From Eledone cirrhosa (lineage: Eukaryota): a stretch of 64,000 nt of DNA. Each line of letters opens with the position of its first letter. Position 1 is the stretch's first letter. The notes under the pieces are model-generated. The model was given only the letters and a program-made list of their open reading frames with translations, was not told the origin of the DNA and did no database searches. Below are positions 37,778 to 50,015 of this stretch, piece after piece. Location: NCBI GenBank assembly GCA_964016885.1, contig OZ024742.1, forward strand, positions 297,352,001-297,416,000. The letters are read 5' to 3'. Both the position numbers and the translations under genes were made by a program.

Positions 37778-38488
37778 ATGGAACAACAATAATCAGATTT
37801 GTGACACATATGACAAAGCAGAAAATAATCTGAAAAGAAAGTTTTTACTTACATTACTATTAAATTATCACCTATACTGTGGTTTCTAAACATAAAGAAA
37901 AATTCCAGTAATTACCATAATTTAAATAAACGAGATAATTAGCAAATTCAAGACATTGGTTTTTGTCAGTAGGTATGTCATTTTAGTGGTACATAATATA
38001 AAATATTCATTGGGAGTTGGAGTTGAAAACTGACTCACATATATTATTAAGCTAAGTTTGTAAAGTCAATCAAGAAACCCCTCTCCCTTTTGTGTACTTA
38101 TTTTCATTGACTTTTGATTTTACTATGCTTCTGACAAAACACAGCAGTCAATCATACTTACCAGGCTCAATATATATTGTTTTCCTCATTTTTTATTATT
38201 TTTTTATTATATTTATTCTGGCATTGTATTTTCATGAGTGATGTATTGAAACAATTGTAAAGCATTAAATGTTTTAAGAACTCTGACCTATTATTTAAAT
38301 TTGTTGTATATGTTCTGTGTTATATATGTCACCTTTTCTTCTGTCATTTAAGACATGTCTTTTATATTCTTATCTATAATGAGAGAAACACATTGAGCAA
38401 TAATAGATATATTATTGACTGGCAATCTCTCTTCAGTTAAATTTATGTGTGTGTGTATATACACACATTTACATGCACACTCACACAT

Positions 38489-38592
<104 letters not shown>

Positions 38593-39864
38593 TATATCAT
38601 CATCATCAACATTGCTTAACGTCTGTTTTTCCATGCTCATATTAGTTAGACAGGTCTTCCACATTATGAGACATGACTGGCCACATGGCCATGCTGTACC
38701 TTGCTCAAATGGAACTGTATATTGGTGATGATTTTTGTCATGAAAAATACTTAGTTTCAGATATTATTGCTATGGCTGTTTTTTAAGGATATGTTGATGT
38801 GACTGCACATGACATTAGAGCAATGGTTCACAACTTTTTAACTTCTAAGCTCCTTTTTATCTTTAAAAGAATTTTCCTCCAAATTTTCTGTTACAATTTC
38901 TGTTCTCTCAGATTGTTACATGAAGAGAATGACAATTGAAAGTGAAATGTTAGAGATGTGTGTGTAGAACAGTACGTGTATATTAAATTTTAACAAAATA
39001 CTTGATATTTTGAACAAAATGCATGTTCTTATATATAATAAAAGACAATGTTGAAACTAAACTTAGGACTAAAAAGTTACATCTTATTATACATGTGTAT
39101 ATGTTATCAAAAATGTTTACTAAACATAATAATACTCATTTTGAATGGCAAAATTGCAAACATTTAATGATAATATTTGTTCATAAATGGCATGTGGTAT
39201 GTCAGCAATATATATTTTGGAATCAACACATCATTTATCTCAGAGGGGAAATTGATAAAATAAATCGAGATTTTGTTGAATATAATGGTTCAAGTTTACA
39301 AAAAACTTCTACATACATATGACTGTACTTCAGGGTTGTTTTATACACAAGGGTGTAATTTATTCCATTTTCTTCTTTCTAGGTTGAAAAACAGGGCGCA
39401 TATTATACTCAAATCATGTTATACTCAATGAAATGTAGTAGCTCATGGAACTAGGTTGGGAACCATGGCATTACTGTCCTACAAAAAGATAAAGCTAAGA
39501 AGGGTTTAGAAATCATCACAGAAATTTCAATAGATCATGATTATCTATTTGAAAAAAAATGTGCATAATTTTCTATTTAATGAAGTTTATACCTTAAGAC
39601 AAATACAGTTCTAAAGTTGTTGTAGCAGGAGCACCATCGGGTTAGCTACTAAACCAATTGAAAATACTTCTGGTTCTAGCTTATATAGCTGTTTCTTATA
39701 AAGTGTTTATATTTATCTGCCATCATAATTTAATATTTTTATGTAAAGACTGTTATCTTTCAAACACCATCCTAATAATGACAGAAATTTGTTATTTTAC
39801 TAAATCTTTTCAAATTTTTAATTATTTTCCAAATAATTAAAAATATGGCAACAAAAGGGTTAAC

Positions 39865-40482
39865 ATTATTATTTCAAGAGCGGTGGATTTGCAGTATCGG
39901 TAGAGGGTCAGACGCCATGCTCTCCAGCATAGTTACGTCCCTTTACGATCTGAGTTCAAATCCCGCCGAGGTTGACTTTGCCTTTCATCCTTACGGGGTC
40001 GATAAAATAAAGTACCAGTAATGCACTGGGTAATTGCTGGCCTTGTGCCTAAAGTAGAAACAATTATTATTTCAAGAGCGGTGGATTGGCAGTATCGGTA
40101 GAGGGTCGAACGCCATGCTTTGACGCATAGAGTTATGGTCCTTGCCATTCTGAGTTCAAATCCCGCCGAGGATTACTTTGCCTTTCATCCTTATGGGGGG
40201 TCGATAAAATAAAGTAGCAGTAATGCACTGGGTAATTGCTAGCCTTGTGCCAAAAGTAGAAACAATTATTATTTCAAGAGCGCAGTGGATTGGCAGTATC
40301 GGTAGAGGGTCGGACGCTATCCTTTGCAGCAAAGAGTTATGGCCCTTTATGGTCTGAGTTCAAATCCCACTGAGGTTAACTTTGCCTTTCATCCTTACGG
40401 GGTCAATAAAATAAAGTACCAGTAATACACTGGGATAATTGTTGGCCTTGTGCCAAAAGTAGAAACAATTATTATTTCAAGA
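39865..40482 (+). mobile_element. Head-to-tail trimer of Nin-domain SINEs separated by an identical 15-bp spacer
   Basis: attattatttcaaga at 39865, 40063, 40265 and 40468, with three ~185-bp SINE units between. Confidence 0.9.
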
Positions 40483-41049
40483 TTATGCCTCCAGATGTGT
40501 ATCCTAAAAGGAAATGTAAATGTGATAGCAGTATATTCTAAAAGGGTTTTGTTATATTTATGATAATTATAAATGTTCATTATAAATGTACAAACATTCA
40601 GACTTCTGGGATAACTGAGTATTGGGATTCCCCAACATTATCTACTTAACACATCATAAACACTCTTCCCTAAATCAAAATAGTTGTCACCTGAAATAGT
40701 CCTAACCATGTGTAGACATTAAAAGATACAATACCAGACTATATGTAAACATGAATAAACATTCAATACAACAATAATATTAGCATAACATTGGGTAGTT
40801 AGTGTACAAAGACTGTTGTATTTATTTGAAATAGATTCCAAAAATACTATTAAAACCAGGTAATTGGTTAATCCAAAGAGCATGAGAATATATTCAAGGT
40901 GTAGTAGAAAAAATAGTATATAAGATATTAACTCTTAACGTCCTGTACTGCATGAAACTAAATTATAAAGACATTCTTGAAAAGTACAAACAGACTGCAT
41001 TACATTAAAAATTAAAGACACACACACACACAGACATATATATATGTAT

Positions 41050-41352
41050 ATCATCACCATCCCCACCATTTAACGACCATTTTTCCACACTAAGTTAGGC
41101 GAGTTGTCCTGTTGTGAGCAATGCCAGGTCAAATGACCATGTCTTGTTCATACAGAACTGATTTTGGCTTGGTTTCTACAGCTGGATGCCATTCTTAACA
41201 CCAACCTCATTTACTGTGAGGGTACTTTTTGTTGTGACACCTACATAGCTACTTTACAGTGTGACCTGGGTGTTTTTTTATCGTGACACCTACACCACTA
41301 CTTTACAGTGTGGCCTGGGTGCTTTTTGTCATGACACCTATACGACCACTTA
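41050..41352 (-). mobile_element. Diverged 3'UTR-only RTE copy
   Basis: catacagaactgattttggcttggtttctacagctggatgcc...acaccaacctcatttac is shared with 36800-37100. Confidence 0.75.
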
Positions 41353-42789
41353 TGCATATGTGTGTGTGTGTTTAGTTCCTGTAACTTAGCAGTTCAACAA
41401 AAAAGAAATTGATGGAATAAATACCAGTGTCTAAATGATTGACTAACATCCCTTCATGTTAGTGTCCCAGCATAACAAAAAGTTAATGCCTGAAGCCAGT
41501 AAAAGAATAAAAGTATAAGTAAGCCAATTTTATGAGATAAACACATACTGATACAGCAGTTTTTTTTTAATGTTGGTGCAAGAATTGTGATTTTGATTTG
41601 GATCCATTGGGAATTTCAAAGGATACAGATTATAGCATTTTAGTTAAAGTTTGCAGCTTTACTTGCTTACCTTTGTATATTGGGTAATCAAATGACATCA
41701 TCGTGTGATTATTGCCTTAGTTTATCTCTTAGGCAGTCTATACATGTACAGTATTCCATTTTAGAATTGTTTTACTTGATGTTCACCAGTACATAGTAAG
41801 CAGTGAAACTTATTTCATGACAATTTTCCTTGAAGAAATGCAAATTTTGACAGTTGTTATATCTCTCGATAAAATGCTGAACATAAACGTGACAGGCATT
41901 TAAACTGATGTAAACTCAATCACTTATTCACTGCATTCTCTCTCTTATTTATATAATTTTTATATACTTTCGTTTTTATGGCAGCTAGAAAAAATACATT
42001 TGTATTTTTGTTGGTAAGATTAGTGAAAAGAACCTTAACATTTTCATTATTTGTGTGAGATTTTGTAATTCTTGGGCCATTAACTGCAATACAAGGTACA
42101 CAGTATGAACAATGATAGCTTTATCTTCACATGATAAAAAAAAACTGGGGGTAGGCAGCAGTTTTAATGACTTATAGTTCTCAAGTATGATGATGTTATA
42201 TATTTTGGTATTCAGTTGTTTGTGGATATAGACATGACTCAGTGGTTAAGACATTTGTTTCACAATCGCAAGGCTCTGGGTTCAATCTCACTGCATAGCA
42301 TCTTGAATAAGTGTCTTTAAATATTGGTAGATGGAAACCCTTTAGGTGCCTATGAATGGATTGTACTTGTAATTCTAAGGTCGATCCTTGACACTTGTGT
42401 CATGCTGATATGGCTTGAGGATTTTGTTGAGGGTACATGTCACTATGGAATACTCCACAAAATATTTAGCTTCTTACATGTTAGTTTGAGTCAGACACAT
42501 AGATGATTGAAAACTAAATGTTTATTGTTGAGATTGATGAGGGATCCATCATTAGATTTGTCAAGTTTGTTTTGGAAATTAAAGCTTAGATAATTTTATA
42601 AAATAGACATCATGTAAATATGTCGTCTTCATTTCAGATAAATAAGAATATTTACTTAGGATATTTTTTTTTTGTTTTGACTCATTTACAGATGTCTTTC
42701 TTCATCTGGAACTAATAATTTATGTAGGTGTACATACATTGTCACTAGAACAGAGGAATCAAGCTGGCTGACCAGGTCATGAATGTCAC

Positions 42790-43140
42790 AGAAAGAGTTA
42801 TAACACAGCTGATCAGGGACCAAGTTAATCTAAATGAGTTACAGTTTGGATTAGTACCAGGTAAAAGTACCACTTATGTCCTGTGAGGCAACTGCAGGAG
42901 TAGTACCTAGCTAATGATAAACCCCTCTACTAGGCCTTTGTTGACCTAGAGAAGGCTTTTGACAGAGTCTCACATTCCATTATCAGGTGGCCACTTAGAA
43001 ACTGTGAGTAGATGAGTGGCTTGTGGGAGCAGTACAAGCTATATAAAAAGATACAACCAGCAAGGTTAGAATTAATAAAGAGCATAGTGAAGAATTTAGC
43101 GTGCAGGGAGGAGTCCACCAGAGCTCCATTCTTACCCCTC
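42790..43140 (+). mobile_element. Degenerate RTE RT fragment
   Basis: QFGLVPGKST, RQLQE*YLA, AFVDLEKAFDRV match ORF 61773-63890. Confidence 0.8.
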
Positions 43141-43480
43141 CATCCTATGCCCCAAATGCAAACTATGGGTACACAAGAGATGTAGTAGGACTTCATGTAG
43201 GTTAGCAAAGAATGCAGGTATTATATGTGGTCGTTTCACAAACATAGTAAATAGCAAGAACAGTTCTGTATGAGCAAGACATGGCCCCACATGTAAAAGG
43301 GTAGCACTTGAGAGTAATCTTCTCTTGGCTCATCAAGAACACAATACATTTGCAATATATGTGTAACACCCATATCTCAAATATATATATATATATGTGT
43401 GTGTGCGTGTGTATGTGCACCTACATAGGGTAGGGATTGTTTGTAAGTTTGTTTATGTGCGTGTACATATATGTATATAT

Positions 43481-44051
43481 ATATGAAAGAAGTAAAATAA
43501 GAAAATTATAAAAATTAACTTACTAAAATTTCACTCCAACTAATTAGTTTCTGAAAGAGAATAAACATAGTTTCCAAATGGAAAGCATGGAGAAACCTTT
43601 CGTCATCAGGAAGTCTGTTCTCAGCTAAGTTACCAGGCGATGCGTGGATACAGGGAACTTATACAAAAATAATTCAGTGGATGGAAAAAAGCAAGCATGG
43701 ACTAAATTCCAAGACATTGAAAAAAATCACTGCCTACTTGGTTGGTGGCAAATTCAAAAGAATCAATCACGTGACATCGAGGTTAATCAGTGAGGAGTGG
43801 GGTGTTAAAAAGACAGTAGCCGAGCCATTACTATGAACTATAGTAGCAGTTTTGGCAAATTTTTGCCCAACAAAATAATTTGGAGATAATTATAAAGAAT
43901 TAGTATATCTACCAACATATATATATATATATAGATGCATACCTATGCTAGCAAATATATAGGTTTCGTCTTAGTAACTTTGTGGTTGAATGCAAGGGGA
44001 TGCAGAACAATTATATGAAAGACGTAAAATAAGAAAATTATAAAAATTAAC
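43481..44051 (-). mobile_element. Non-coding hammerhead element with 39-bp direct terminal repeats (unit 532 nt)
   Basis: atatgaaaga(a/c)gtaaaataagaaaattataaaaattaac at 43481-43519 and 44013-44051; (TA)n flanks. Confidence 0.75.
43533..43614 (-). ncRNA. Type I hammerhead ribozyme with 51-nt helix II (family D)
   Basis: Minus strand: acttc-CTGATGA-c-gaaag...tttccatttggaaa...ctttc-a-GAAA-ctaattag-TT-ggagt. Palindromic helix III, GUU triplet. Confidence 0.75.
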
Positions 44052-44740
44052 ATATATATATATATATGTATATATATATGTATATATATATATATATGTA
44101 TATGTGTGTACGTGTGTATGTGTCTTCGGGAGCGTGTCTGTCTTTGTGCCTCTCTATAAGGACAGGCGTGTATATGTGCGTGTGTGTGCCTATGTATATA
44201 TCTGTACGTGTTTGTGTATATTAGCAAATGTACGCGCACGCAGATATGTGTCTTTGTATGCGAGTACGTGTATGTGTGCGCGTGTGCGTGCGTGTGAGAG
44301 CAGATGTACGAGGGCATATAGGCAGGCGCCTGTGGACGTGTATATTGGTATGTAGATGGTCGTGGGCGTGTGCGGGTGGGTGTGAGAGAGAGTGTGTGTG
44401 TATATGTATATGGGTGTGTATACGTACATATGTGTGTGTACATATGTGTATGCGTATATATGTATGTGTGCGCGCGTGTGTGTATATATGTGTGTGTGTA
44501 TGTGTGTGTGTATGTGTGGGTATATATGTGTGTGTGAGCGGACTTGTGAAATAAATACCAAACCCAGCATGAGTCCATTGAAGTGTATCGGATGGAGAGT
44601 AGGTGATGGCCAGTATGGCAGCAAATATTGACCAGAATTTATGATGACGTAGAAAAACAACAGCCAATAGCAAGACAAGAGAGGAAGATGTTTTTTGAAG
44701 CTAACACTTCAGTGAGAAAATTTGTTCCGAAAGTATTGCA

Positions 44741-44830
44741 TGTGTCCGAAGAACCTGCAGATCTAGAATCAGACAGATCCATACAATGATCGTGTCTCGA
44801 GCTATCTGCCGGCGAAACAATTGTAACACA
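44741..44830 (+). ncRNA. Degenerate hammerhead with 61-nt helix II (family E)
   Basis: tgtgt-CCGAAGA(core U>C)-acctgcagat...atctgccggc-GAAA-caattg-TA-acaca, followed by AATAAA at 44832. Confidence 0.6.
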
Positions 44831-45340
44831 CAATAAACTGAGTACAGATGCATCACTGATTTTTCGTTTTATATTACATCTATATACATCCCTGCTGACC
44901 ATTATCACAACAACGAACCTCTTTACTACTACTACATACACACACACACATATTTGTTAGACTTATTTCTCAGTCAGCCGACACAAACCTACATTTGGCG
45001 CAAAATCAATTTTTTACATTCACATGACCTCTACCGACCAATCAAAATTGTTTTGACCACAAGAATTTTTGCAACACGAATTGGCGCAAAACTTATTTTA
45101 ATACCGCTGGAGCCACTTTTTTAACATAAAAACAGGTAGAATTCCCAAAACTAATCAGATCAGAGCAAACATCACGGACGCTCTATCTCAAAATTATTTT
45201 TGAAAAGCATTAGAAATGCGCAACCGGTAAAACTTAAAACCAAAACTTAATACTAACCAATACTATTACTAATTATCACTTATTCCTAATTAAACTATTT
45301 TTCACTGTGAACAATTTGTCAGCATTTTCTATTCCGTTTA

Positions 45341-45397
<57 letters not shown>

Positions 45398-46719
45398 CAC
45401 CCTTGCAAGCATGGATAAGCGGACGTAAAATGATGATGATATATATATATATATGAAGGACTTCCACACATTTTCCATCTTCCAAATTTCATTTACAAGG
45501 TAATAGCTAATCTAAGGCTATGACAGAAAACACTTGACCAAGGTATTGTGCAGTGGGTTTGAATCTGACACTACAGGGCTGTGAGGCCAACCTCTTATAT
45601 ATACAGCCATGTCTGCTCCAATTTATATATATAATCAATTAACAATTAAGTACTTTTAGTCTCAATGATACAAATGAAAGTCTAAATCTTAAAATGACTA
45701 AACAGAAGGAATTTATGGCCATTTGAATTACTAAATTGAATTTGTAGTTATTGAAAAACAAAATTTGATAAAAGCTGATGGCAGTGGAATGAATAAAAAC
45801 ATGAAAACTATAAATTGAAGTGAATAGTAAAAATGTCATAGAAAAGCATTATTATATTCACTGAACACAAAAAAAAAAAAATATGGAATTCATAGAAGTT
45901 TGATATACAATCTCTTTGAAAACTGAAAATATAAATCTTAAAAAATAAATATAAATAAATAAGTAAATTTTGAAATAGGAAACAAAAATTGTAAAGAAAA
46001 AAAATGAAATCTAGAAGCAATAGATATATTCTAACAAAAACAAAAACAAAAATATAGAAAGCCCGTAATGATGGAAAATACATAATAGACACTTCAGCTT
46101 AAAAATGTTTAATCGTCAAAGATTTATAAAACAAAACAAAATACAAAGAACAAAAAAGTTTTAGCACAAAATATTAGCTAAATATGTACAGTTATAAGAC
46201 AAAATAAAACAAATTAATTTATTATTAATAAACACAAGGCTTTGATTTATAGGGATAGTTTAATTTTCCCTCAACATATTCACTCTACAATAGGTGATTA
46301 TGAACAATGATTAACTGTCAGTAAGATACAATTAAGGTGGTAAATTGGTTAAGTTGTTATAACTTTGGATAGAATGCGTTGTTGCATTTGTTCCAAAGCT
46401 CTGTACTAAGAATTCAAATCCTGCAGGGGTTGATGAAATACCAGTCCAATACTAGGGTTTGTTTCAGCTGCTAAGACCAAAAGTATGAAAGAATATGGGG
46501 CACCGATCTCATCAGGGAAGTGGCCTTATTCGATATGTATAAAAGGTGTAGACTTAAGCTCTACACAATGTAGTGGAATATATTGGTATAGTGGAATAAC
46601 AGGTGGACTAACAGGAAAGGAAGACTTTGTATATAGTAGATGTTAAATGTCAATTGATAGTAAGAGTGTCATAATAAAACAAAATCCCAGGAAGGATCCA
46701 TAGAAATGATTGATAGCTT

Positions 46720-47268
46720 CTGCTACCCAGGAGATATAATTAGCAGTAGAGGAGGATGCTCTGGAAGCATAGTAGCTAGAATAAGGACAGTATGGAAGAA
46801 GTTTAGGGTGCTACTCCCTCTGTTGACAACAAAATTTTCATACCTATGAATGAAAGATAGAATGTATGAAACCTGTGAGATATGGGAAGTGAATGCAGAG
46901 GACATGTGAAGGTTGGAAAGAAATGAGGCAAGCATGCTTTGATGATTGTGCAATATAAATGTGTGAAACAACAAAGCATGGACAAACTGAGAAAGAACCT
47001 GGATATCTGAGGTATCAGATGTAGTGTGTAAAAGAGTAGACAGTTATGGTATGGTCATGTGATGCACATTGATGATGATCATTGAATGAAGAAGTGCCAA
47101 GTAATCCAAGAGGAGGGAAGCTGTAGTAGAGCAAATCCAAGCAAAACCCAAGCAAAAGTGGTGAGGAGACAAAGAAGCAATACAACAAGTGGAGCGATAC
47201 TGTAATGAAAAGGACCCATTAATCCCATGCAAGCATGGAGGAGTGGATATAAAATGATGATGATGATA
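46720..47268 (+). mobile_element. Degenerate 3' part of the RTE LINE
   Basis: GDIISSRGGCSGSIVARIRTVWKKFR and LERNEASML remnants, then (gat)n tail. Confidence 0.8.
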
Positions 47269-49476
47269 CATATATTGGTATTTGTGTTTAAAATACGATT
47301 GTACTTACAATATTTAACATTAACTGAATGAGCACACACTCCATGCATGCATAATGTAAAATTTCAGAGTATATATAAATGTATTTCCCAAGCTGAATCC
47401 GTGTAACCATAAAGTGTGTCAAGGTTAGACCTGCAAATTACAATCATAGTTCATCCAACAGGTTAATGCAGTTTCCATTTATCCAATTTTAATCACTACG
47501 TTTGGTGTTGGCAAGAGGCTATATTAAAAATCTCTTGCTCAAAATGCTACACAGTAGGATCAAACAAATGTACTGCTTATCTATGTTTTGGTCAATTTGA
47601 AGCTAAGATAGGAGTAAATAGGTGATATTGAGTACAGATAATATAAATTTTGATATGATGGTGTAATTTGTGGAATGGGTATCTGTTGTAGTGTGGGATT
47701 TTCTGCAGGCGTAGTGTAAAGTAAAAGAAGGGTCATAAAAATCAGATGCTTAGATGTGGAATTCAGGTTGTAAGATCTAAATAATTGTGTATAATAACTG
47801 GCAGAATTGAATATATAGCAGAAACATGAGTCAAGCATTTAAGACTTTTAATGAGAGCAGATCAATTGATCAACTCTATGGATTCCAAACACAATCTAGT
47901 AAGTAACCGAAGGTATAAATGCTAGTTAAGTCTATATAATATATGTAAAGACCATGAAAATAAACAGTAACAGATAACAACACATTACAATAATGGTGTA
48001 TTAGTATAATGCTTAAAAGGAGTTAGAAAATAGCTTTGATCCTTTGGGCACTAGTCCTTCATCAGACAGTAGACACAGAGAGAAAATGGGGTACTTCAAA
48101 GAGAGGAGTAGAAAGAAGATGAATGAAAAAAAAAAGAAAAACACGAAAATGGAGATAAAAGGAGACAGAAAGAACGTTTATAGTTACTTATCAGCCTAGA
48201 GTTAAGTAATTCTCTATTCATTGTATTTTTAGGGTTGTGGTATACTATGTAAAAGACAAATTTTTTATATCATAATGATGCTGATACTCTTTGGGAAAAA
48301 TATCAGAAAGCTATAATACTATGAATAAATTACCATAGGATCATGAAAGAAATTTTCTAAATGGGTTTACAAATTGTGTTCTGACAACCCAGAGACACTT
48401 TCCTCGCCATATATAATTGATAGTCTAAGGCCAGATGCAATTATACACTCCATCACTCAAATATATTATTTGCAGCCAAAATGACATATGAAATAAATCC
48501 AGTTTAGGAAATAATGCAATCAGATATTCCAAATGAAATACATGCAGCTGGGTGAACATAAGACTATATCATAACTGTAGCAGAGGTTATCTACTGCCAA
48601 ATTTAAACTAAGCTACAGAGCCTCTTTCAAAGATCTATCTACATTAAAGAAAGTAATTATTGCCAGTGTGATTTACCAGCTTCAAAGCTTTTTTTATTTG
48701 ATGTTTGGCAACTTGAAACACCTATCTTCAGTTGAACAGTTAACATCAGAAATTGGCTTCTGGGAAGTAATTATTACAATCATCAGCTCATAATTTTGTT
48801 TGTTTATTTTGTATAGTCACCCAAAGAGAATTAATTCTTTATAAATACAATTCCCATGAAATATTTATAAAGGCAGCCTAAAAGAACTTTATCTAAAGAT
48901 AACCTATATAATATAGAGGTTGACTTTGTCTTTCGTCAGTTTATGGTTGATAAAGTACCAGTCTCAGGCAGTGGACTGGTGGAATCAGAGTATGTTTGGC
49001 TATTTGCACTCTGCATTCAAATTATATGTTAACCAAAATTGTTTGAATCAGATCATTTCTAGAATTACAAATTCCTTTGTGATTGTAACAAGGAATTCAC
49101 TGGTTTGATCTGCATAGCTTATACTAAATTATGTTCACAAGAGTCATTAGTAAAATATTTGAGTTTGTTCCTTGACATTTTCCATTTCTTACTTTCTGTA
49201 AGTGTTGAAAACCAGCTTGATTTCTTCTTTCTACTTTATAAGGTTTTCTTCTTTTAATAGATAAGATATAGAGCAACCCTTCCATTACTATATCTCTAAC
49301 AAAAGACAGTCTATAATTTCCAAACCCTTATGAAATTAATCAAAGTTTTGAAATATTTAATAATATATGTATAAATATTTCGTATCTCCAAAGAAATACG
49401 GTTTTAGGAAGCCGTAGCTATGCAAACACTGGGCGGCTAACGCCCTCTGGTGATGTCCAGCAGAAGCAAGGGGGAC

Positions 49477-49522
49477 AACCGTCTATGCATTTCAGGCTTA
49501 ACTGGCCATCGTCAGGACGGTC
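49477..49522 (-). ncRNA. Type I minimal hammerhead ribozyme (family F, copy 1)
   Basis: Minus strand: gaccgtc-CTGACGA-tggc(cagttaa)gcct-GAAA-tgca-TA-gacggtt. Helix I 7 bp, palindromic TGCA helix III. Confidence 0.85.
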
Positions 49523-49969
49523 CCTCCCACCGCTTGCGACTGCTGGACTAGGAGACAGGCGAGAATATATAGTTTTCTCGTCTGTGTAAATGAGGTGATT
49601 AATCTCATTTGCATATGAAGCTGCATAACAACTTATGCAGCTTCATATGCAAATGAGTTAAGCCTGAAATGCATAGACAGTTGTCCCCCTTGCTTCTGCT
49701 AGACATCACCAGAGGGCGTTAGCCCCCCCCCCCCCCCCGGTGTTTGCATATCTACGGCTTCCTAAAACCGTATTTCTTTGGAGATACAAAATATGTTTAC
49801 ATATTGTATTAAGCTATGCTTGAAGCGAAATCCTATTTCTTTTCTATTATAAGTTGAGCCAACTTATGCAGCTTCATATGCAAAAGAGATTAATCACCTC
49901 ATTTACACAGACCAGAAAACTATATATTCTCGCCTGTCTTCTAGTCCAGCAGTCGCAAGCAGTGGGAGG

Positions 49970-50015
49970 GACCATCCTGACGATGGCCAGTTAAGCCTGA
50001 AATGCATAGACGGTT
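49970..50015 (+). ncRNA. Type I minimal hammerhead ribozyme (family F, copy 2)
   Basis: gaccatc-CTGACGA-tggccagttaagcct-GAAA-tgca-TA-gacggtt, with one helix I mismatch. Confidence 0.8.

Noticed and set aside
39865-40482. Repeat-spacer pattern resembling a CRISPR array
   Set aside because: The 'spacers' are ~185-bp homologous SINE copies, the context is eukaryotic and no cas genes are present.
48030-48075. Minus-strand ctgatga-aggactagtgccc-aaagg, a possible hammerhead
   Set aside because: No intact GAAA and no helix I/III pairing; at most a decayed relic.
49607-49655. Octamer ATTTGCAT motifs in inverted orientation
   Set aside because: A by-product of the fold-back duplication; no supporting promoter context.
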